Shown here piece after piece: positions 58,930 to 64,000 of a DNA stretch of 64,000 bases. Every line of letters starts with the position of its first letter. The first letter of the stretch is position 1. The stretch is from Sediminispirochaeta sp. (GTDB lineage Bacteria; Spirochaetota; Spirochaetia; B11-G9). The stretch covers positions 26,678-90,677 of the forward strand of contig JANTFL010000001.1 of NCBI GenBank assembly GCA_024763455.1, read 5' to 3'. The notes under the pieces were generated by a model, which was not told where the DNA came from, did not search any database, and saw only the letters and a list, made by a program, of their open reading frames with translations. The position numbers and the translations under genes were made by a program.

Positions 58930-59870
58930 AGGTACGGTTCTGGGGGGTGCGCGGCTCAATCCCCACTCCATTGACTTCGTCTCAGATACAGGGAAAGATT
59001 TCAGCGGCTGTCCAGCGTATACAGCCCAAGGATATAGTTGATCAAAAATCCAGAGAGTTGTTCATTGCATCTTTGCCGGAAAACCTGTTTGGAACGGTCG
59101 GTGGAAATACTACCAGCGTTGAGGTTCGTCTTGATGACGATACCGTTATAATTTTCGATGCAGGTTCAGGAATTTGCCGTCTTGGCGCGGATTTGGTACG
59201 GAAAAACGAGCATTTAAGGGATTATCATATCTTCTTTACCCATTTTCACTGGGACCATATACAAGGCTTGCCGTTTTTTTCTCCCCAGATGTATGATCCC
59301 CGATGTACCGTAAACTTTTATACACCCGAAGAGGGACTCAGGGATATCTTGAGCGGTCAGATGAGAAAACCCTACTTCCCTATAACGATGGATGTTTTCC
59401 ACGAGAATATAACCTATAACCAATTGAAAGGAAATTCTTTACGAATAGGCAATGCTGTAATTTCCTGGAAAAGAATGAAACATCCCGGTGGAGTTTTTTC
59501 ATATAAGATAGAAGAGAATGGCAAAACATTGATATTCTCCACCGATACGGAGCTTTCGGACAAAGATTTCGAAAAGAGCAGCAGGAATAGTGATTACTTC
59601 AAGGATGCTGATGTTTTGATTATCGACAGCCAGTATACCCTTGATGAGGCGATAGAAAAGTATGATTGGGGACACTCCTCCTACAGTTTATGCGTAGATT
59701 TTGCCTCAGTCTGGAATATAAAAAAACTTGTCCTCTTCCATCATGAACCTTCCTATGATGATAACAAAATGTATTCCATCCTCCAATCGGCGCGATGGTA
59801 TAGACAGTATCAGCAAAACTCAAATATATCCGTTTCTCTGGCGAAAGAGGGTATGGAGATTGTGCTTTGA
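58926..59870 (+). CDS. MBL-fold metallo-hydrolase
   Basis: HFHWDHIQGLPFF (HxHxDH) motif; translationally coupled to the ykgJ-like gene. Confidence 0.7.
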   Translation: MKVRFWGVRGSIPTPLTSSQIQGKISAAVQRIQPKDIVDQKSRELFIASLPENLFGTVGGNTTSVEVRLDDDTVIIFDAGSGICRLGADLVRKNEHLRDYHIFFTHFHWDHIQGLPFFSPQMYDPRCTVNFYTPEEGLRDILSGQMRKPYFPITMDVFHENITYNQLKGNSLRIGNAVISWKRMKHPGGVFSYKIEENGKTLIFSTDTELSDKDFEKSSRNSDYFKDADVLIIDSQYTLDEAIEKYDWGHSSYSLCVDFASVWNIKKLVLFHHEPSYDDNKMYSILQSARWYRQYQQNSNISVSLAKEGMEIVL

Positions 59871-60064
59871 TAATTCTTCAGGGGAAAGAACTGGTTGCAG
59901 TGTATTTGCTGCTGAAAAAAGATGATAGTGATCTTGATCCTGCACAACTCAGTGTAAAGAACAGGATAGAAAAAGTCCTGTTTGAATCTCTTTCCATAGA
60001 AGAAATTGAATCTATAGAAGAACTATACAAAAAGAATGTTGATGTTCTGGGAAAAAAGCTATAA
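59867..60064 (+). CDS. hypothetical small protein (65 aa)
   Basis: ORF overlapping the MBL gene's stop codon by 4 nt (coupled). Confidence 0.3.
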   Translation: MIILQGKELVAVYLLLKKDDSDLDPAQLSVKNRIEKVLFESLSIEEIESIEELYKKNVDVLGKKL

Positions 60065-60073
60065 ATTCATAAC

Positions 60074-63000
60074 ATGAAAAAATATAAATTTATCAGTATT
60101 GCAGTAGTTTTTTTGGGTTTAACCACACTAGGCTCGTTCGGGCAGGAAAATGCCCGGGTAAAGGAATTTTATTCGCCGCTTTTCCTTTCTGGAACATGGA
60201 ATGAGACTGAACAGGCTGCTCCGCAGTCAGATGCCGTCAATCCTGCATCGTCTGCTCTTTACCAACGGACGACCCTTGATCTAAGCTATATGGGAATTGT
60301 CGGTGATGAAGGTACGCTTACGGGACAGAACGGATTCGCTTTTAATCTGGGGAATACCATTCCGACGAGAGCCGGGGTTTTTTCCTGGTCCGCACATATG
60401 CTGAAGTCAGATTATCTGAACTTTAATGTACCTTTTTATTTTGCAGTTTCGGGGTCTTTTTCAAAGGATCTCTATCCGAATCTTCTTGCTGGTCTAGGGG
60501 TGAAGGCTGCATATTCTTCCTTGCCCGGGTACAGTGCTGCAGTTGATCTGGGGATAATCTATCTTTCCGGAAATTTCTGGAAATTCACCGATACTGCCGT
60601 TGGCCTCACCCTTGCTGATTTGGGTTACAGCACAATTACAAAGGGATATCAACAGCCCTTTACTCCCTCTGCAGGAGTAAGCGGAACCCTGTTCAAGACT
60701 GATATTTTTTCCATGAAGCTCAACAGTAATATTAGTTCACCCGGTTTAAGTTCTGTTTTTATGAGCCTTGGGGGAAGTGTTGACTTTAAAAACATTATCT
60801 CTCTTACCTTTGGCAGCAGAATGGATTTAAGGTCCCTTCTAAACGGCAACAGCGCGGGGTTGATCCCTTCTGTAGGGCTTAATTTCAGATTTAATCCATC
60901 ACTAGGAGAAAACTCAACGTTTCTCGGGCTATCCGAAAAGGGCTGGAACAAGGGGCAGGTTGAGCTGCAATCATCTTTTGCACCCATTGCAGACGGGATT
61001 TGGTCATACGGCGCAGGGGCTAACGTGCAACTTGGAGTTTTAGATAAAGATCCACCGGAAATAGAGATCGATATTTCCGGTTTTGAATCGCAATCCATGA
61101 ACGTTCCGGCAAAGGGGCATAGTGAAAAGTACTCTTCCCACAGTAAACAAAGTAAAAAAATTGTTTATGTGGATTCAGGTAAAGACTCGATAAAAAAGAA
61201 TGCTCTGAAAAGTGACGGAGCAGTGCTTACCTATCTTTCTCCAAACAATGATGGAATTAAAGATGATTTGAAACTACCCATTAAAATAAAGGATTCAAGG
61301 TACATAAAAGGGTACTCTCTCGTCGTTACTGATTCTGAAGGAAATTTAGTCAGAGAGATAAAAAATAAAGAGAAAAGATCCGAAAATCAGGGATTTATGG
61401 GCTTTTTTGACCGTCTTACTGCAGTGAAGAGCGGTATAGATGTGCCGGAGGAACTGCGGTGGGATGGGTACAACGATTCGGGGAAGGTTGTTCCGGACGG
61501 AACCTACTATTTCCATGTCGAAGCCTGGGATGATAATGGTAACGTGAGTAAAACAAAAGAGTATGCGGTCGTTATCGATACTACTCCGCCGGAGGTAACC
61601 ATTAAGGAACCGCCGGAGGAAGAAAAAATATTCTCCCCGAATAACGACGGCAGCAAGGACACAGTATCGTTTGAACAGAATGGTTCCGTTGAGGATACAT
61701 GGACCGGAACAATACTGGATTCAAATGGAACAGTTGTAAAAACTTTTACCTGGTTAAATTCCGAACCGGAAAAAGTTGTCTGGAATGGTCTTGATAATAA
61801 CGGGAATATGGCTCCCGACGGAGTATATTCGTATGCAGTTACTAGTACTGACAGAGCCGGGAACAGCGTAGAGAAGGATTTTCAGAATATTATAAAGAAC
61901 ACAGAAGAGACACCCATTGCACTTAAAATTGATAAACAATTTTTCAGCCCAAACAACGACAAGATCATGGACACAATAATTCTTACTCCGGAAGTAAGTG
62001 TTAAAACAGGTCTGAGGAGCTGGAGCCTTTCTGTTTTTAATGCAAAGGGTGACGTTGAAAAGATCTTTTCAGGAACAGACAGTATACCTGAGAATCTGAT
62101 ATACGATGGCAGAGATAATTCCGGAATTATTCTTAAGGAAGGTACGTATTACGCCCTGCTGGACGTACAGTATGTAAACGGAAATAATCCTTCTGCGAAA
62201 TCTCCTGAATTTACAGTGGATGTTACTCCTCCCTCTGCAACAGTGAGGGTAAGTACAAAAGTTTTTTCACCCAATGGGGATGGACAGAAAGATACGGTAA
62301 AATTCTTTCAGGAAACATCCTTGGAAGAGGTGTGGACCGCTTCCATTTATTCCGCAGAGGGTGAGGTGGAGTATGACTACAACTGGATAGGTACTGCCGA
62401 ACCAGAGATTGAATGGAATGGGATCAGTAAAGACGGCAGACTTGGTTCTGACGGTGTTTATACCTACCAGCTTAGTGCTATTGACAGGGCTGGAAATCTG
62501 GGTAAATCAAATATCGTTTCGTTTAAGCTTGATACAGAAAAGACTGCAGTCATTCTTACAACCGAATACAATGTTTTTTCTCCTAACAACGATGGATCGA
62601 AGGATGAGATTAAGATAATACCTCAGTTGTCAGTAAAAGAGGGTATAGCGGCCTATACAATGAATATCTATGACAGCAGTAACACATCGGTGAGGGTATA
62701 TAGGGGCACAAAAAGTATTCCCGAGTATTTCCTCTGGGATGGGTCGGATGGTAAAGGAGTGAGAGTCCCTGATGGAGTCTACTATGCAAAACTGGATATG
62801 GAATATGACAAGGGGGATAAACCATCGGCTGTTTCGAGAAACATTGAGGTCGATACTGCATATCCTCAGATTACCCTGGCAACAGAGTATGTTTTGTTCT
62901 CGCCTGATGGTGACGGGAAAAAAGATTCGGTTATAATCAGCCAGCGATCTGAGGGAAGCGAGCAGTGGAGAGGAGAGATTCTAGATGCTGAAGGGAATAC

Positions 63001-64000
63001 GGTAAAGACCGTTTTTTGGAAAAATAGCGTAACCGACTTTTTGTGGGACGGGAGCGATACTGCAGGAAATATTGTAAAAGACGGGGTCTATACCTACAGA
63101 GTGAGTGCCGAGGATCAGGCAGGGAACCTCACCAAGAAAGAGATCAAAGGAATTACCGTTGATACCTCTATAACCAAAGTTTTTATTACTGCCAGTGATT
63201 CTTACCTGTCACCCACCGGGAACGGAAAGTATGAGAATTTAACGTTTAGGACCATCGTAACAAATAAAAAAGGGATAGCTTCCTGGTCGTTAATGCTTGT
63301 CAGAGAAGATTCAGGAAAGGTCGAAAAACTTTTCACTGGTGAAAACAGAATCCCCTCTAAGGTTATCTGGGATGGTGTGAACGATGATGGCCGATATTCC
63401 GAGGGTGAATATACTGCCGTATTTAAAGTTGTTTATCTGAAGGGAAATGAACCTGAGGCGCGTTCTTCAAAATTCATTCTCGATATATCTCCTCCCCGTG
63501 CGGATCTAAAACTGTCTCCCATCCCTTTCTCTCCGGATAATGACGGATTGAATGATGAGCTGACACTATCACTGAATGTGAGTGATCTGAGCGGAGTAGA
63601 AGATTGGGAACTGAATATCTACGATCCAGAGAAGAAACCTTTTATAAGTTTTAGTGGAAAGGGGACTCCTGCAGATTCCATTATATGGAACGGTAAGTCG
63701 TCCACCGGAGAACTTGTTTATGCGGCAATGGACTATCCCGTAATCTTTAAGGTAAAAGATATTCTCGGTAACGTTACGGTAAAACAGGATAAAATACCAA
63801 TTGATGTTCTTGTGGTCAAAGAGGGAAACGTACTCAAGATAAAGATCGCAAACATTGTTTTCAAGCGGGACAGTGCTGAACTTGTTGATGACGATCCTGA
63901 AAAAGCCAGGACGAATGAATATGTTCTGAACAGAATCAGTGAAATTCTGAGGAAATACAAGTCTTACCAGATAGTTATTGAAGGACACGCGGTTGTGACA
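60074..64000 (+). CDS. giant OmpA-family outer-membrane/surface protein (partial; at least 1309 aa within the window, 3' end outside it)
   Basis: ATG at 60074 with signal peptide MKKYKFISIAVVFLGLTTLGSFG; the frame stays open by manual translation to the window end; ~330-aa N-terminal domain, then about eight Ig-like repeats each starting (V/L)FSPN(N/G)DG.KD and containing DG.Y..(A).D.AGN (FlgD-Ig-like); C-terminus begins the OmpA-like domain (IVFKRDSAEL ... IVIEGHA); absent from the ORF track because it has no stop in the window. Confidence 0.8.
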   Translation, partial: MKKYKFISIAVVFLGLTTLGSFGQENARVKEFYSPLFLSGTWNETEQAAPQSDAVNPASSALYQRTTLDLSYMGIVGDEGTLTGQNGFAFNLGNTIPTRAGVFSWSAHMLKSDYLNFNVPFYFAVSGSFSKDLYPNLLAGLGVKAAYSSLPGYSAAVDLGIIYLSGNFWKFTDTAVGLTLADLGYSTITKGYQQPFTPSAGVSGTLFKTDIFSMKLNSNISSPGLSSVFMSLGGSVDFKNIISLTFGSRMDLRSLLNGNSAGLIPSVGLNFRFNPSLGENSTFLGLSEKGWNKGQVELQSSFAPIADGIWSYGAGANVQLGVLDKDPPEIEIDISGFESQSMNVPAKGHSEKYSSHSKQSKKIVYVDSGKDSIKKNALKSDGAVLTYLSPNNDGIKDDLKLPIKIKDSRYIKGYSLVVTDSEGNLVREIKNKEKRSENQGFMGFFDRLTAVKSGIDVPEELRWDGYNDSGKVVPDGTYYFHVEAWDDNGNVSKTKEYAVVIDTTPPEVTIKEPPEEEKIFSPNNDGSKDTVSFEQNGSVEDTWTGTILDSNGTVVKTFTWLNSEPEKVVWNGLDNNGNMAPDGVYSYAVTSTDRAGNSVEKDFQNIIKNTEETPIALKIDKQFFSPNNDKIMDTIILTPEVSVKTGLRSWSLSVFNAKGDVEKIFSGTDSIPENLIYDGRDNSGIILKEGTYYALLDVQYVNGNNPSAKSPEFTVDVTPPSATVRVSTKVFSPNGDGQKDTVKFFQETSLEEVWTASIYSAEGEVEYDYNWIGTAEPEIEWNGISKDGRLGSDGVYTYQLSAIDRAGNLGKSNIVSFKLDTEKTAVILTTEYNVFSPNNDGSKDEIKIIPQLSVKEGIAAYTMNIYDSSNTSVRVYRGTKSIPEYFLWDGSDGKGVRVPDGVYYAKLDMEYDKGDKPSAVSRNIEVDTAYPQITLATEYVLFSPDGDGKKDSVIISQRSEGSEQWRGEILDAEGNTVKTVFWKNSVTDFLWDGSDTAGNIVKDGVYTYRVSAEDQAGNLTKKEIKGITVDTSITKVFITASDSYLSPTGNGKYENLTFRTIVTNKKGIASWSLMLVREDSGKVEKLFTGENRIPSKVIWDGVNDDGRYSEGEYTAVFKVVYLKGNEPEARSSKFILDISPPRADLKLSPIPFSPDNDGLNDELTLSLNVSDLSGVEDWELNIYDPEKKPFISFSGKGTPADSIIWNGKSSTGELVYAAMDYPVIFKVKDILGNVTVKQDKIPIDVLVVKEGNVLKIKIANIVFKRDSAELVDDDPEKARTNEYVLNRISEILRKYKSYQIVIEGHAVVT
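61200..63830 (+). repeat. array of about eight tandem ~95-105-aa Ig-like (FlgD-Ig-type) domain repeats inside the OmpA-family gene
   Basis: recurring FSPNNDGSKD...W.G.D..G..V.DG.Y.Y...A.D.AGN pattern at ~61225, 61630, 61935, 62270, 62580, 62900, 63210 and 63520. Confidence 0.65.

Noticed and set aside
1-64000. CRISPR arrays and cas genes
   Set aside because: No short regularly spaced direct repeats seen. The only tandem repeats are coding: the acidic-protein repeats and the Ig-like domain repeats.

Overview
The window reads as a largely syntenic housekeeping stretch of a spirochete-like chromosome (moderate GC). Gene content is Firmicute-like. It contains a flagellar rod cluster (flgF/flgG/FlgJ rod-binding protein) followed by a sigma-70-family sigma factor, then tsaD, a tRNA-Gln/tRNA-Glu pair, argS, an rplU-prp-rpmA-obg-nadD-yqeK-LCP-rsfS block, cheX, ispE, spoVG, tRNA-Gln, rplY-pth-tilS-ftsH, an HtrA-like protease, a hybrid histidine kinase with a LuxR-type response regulator, lepA, mcsA-mcsB-clpC-rnz, and a gldA/F/G-like ABC transporter. 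Downstream are aroH, map, a tRNA-Thr/tRNA-Tyr pair, and a 3'-truncated giant OmpA-family protein with about eight Ig-like (FlgD-Ig-like) tandem domains. The six-frame ORF track omits this last gene because it has no stop codon within the window. The less ordinary content is: (i) three paralogous Maf/DUF115 (MptE-like) genes, which are putative flagellin nonulosonic-acid glycosyltransferases; two of them lie in a cluster with a Memo-like protein, a degenerate-GGDEF membrane protein, a 306-aa unknown and a 736-aa hyper-acidic tandem-repeat protein; (ii) a small hyper-acidic ORF between rsfS and cheX; (iii) two paralogous ~570-aa proteins of unknown function with a shared N-terminal motif; (iv) a pth gene whose conserved N-terminus is encoded in frame directly after the rplY stop codon with no ATG/GTG/TTG start. 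I found no CRISPR array, integrase, transposase or recognisable defence system. All calls rest on motif recognition by eye and have not been checked against any database.
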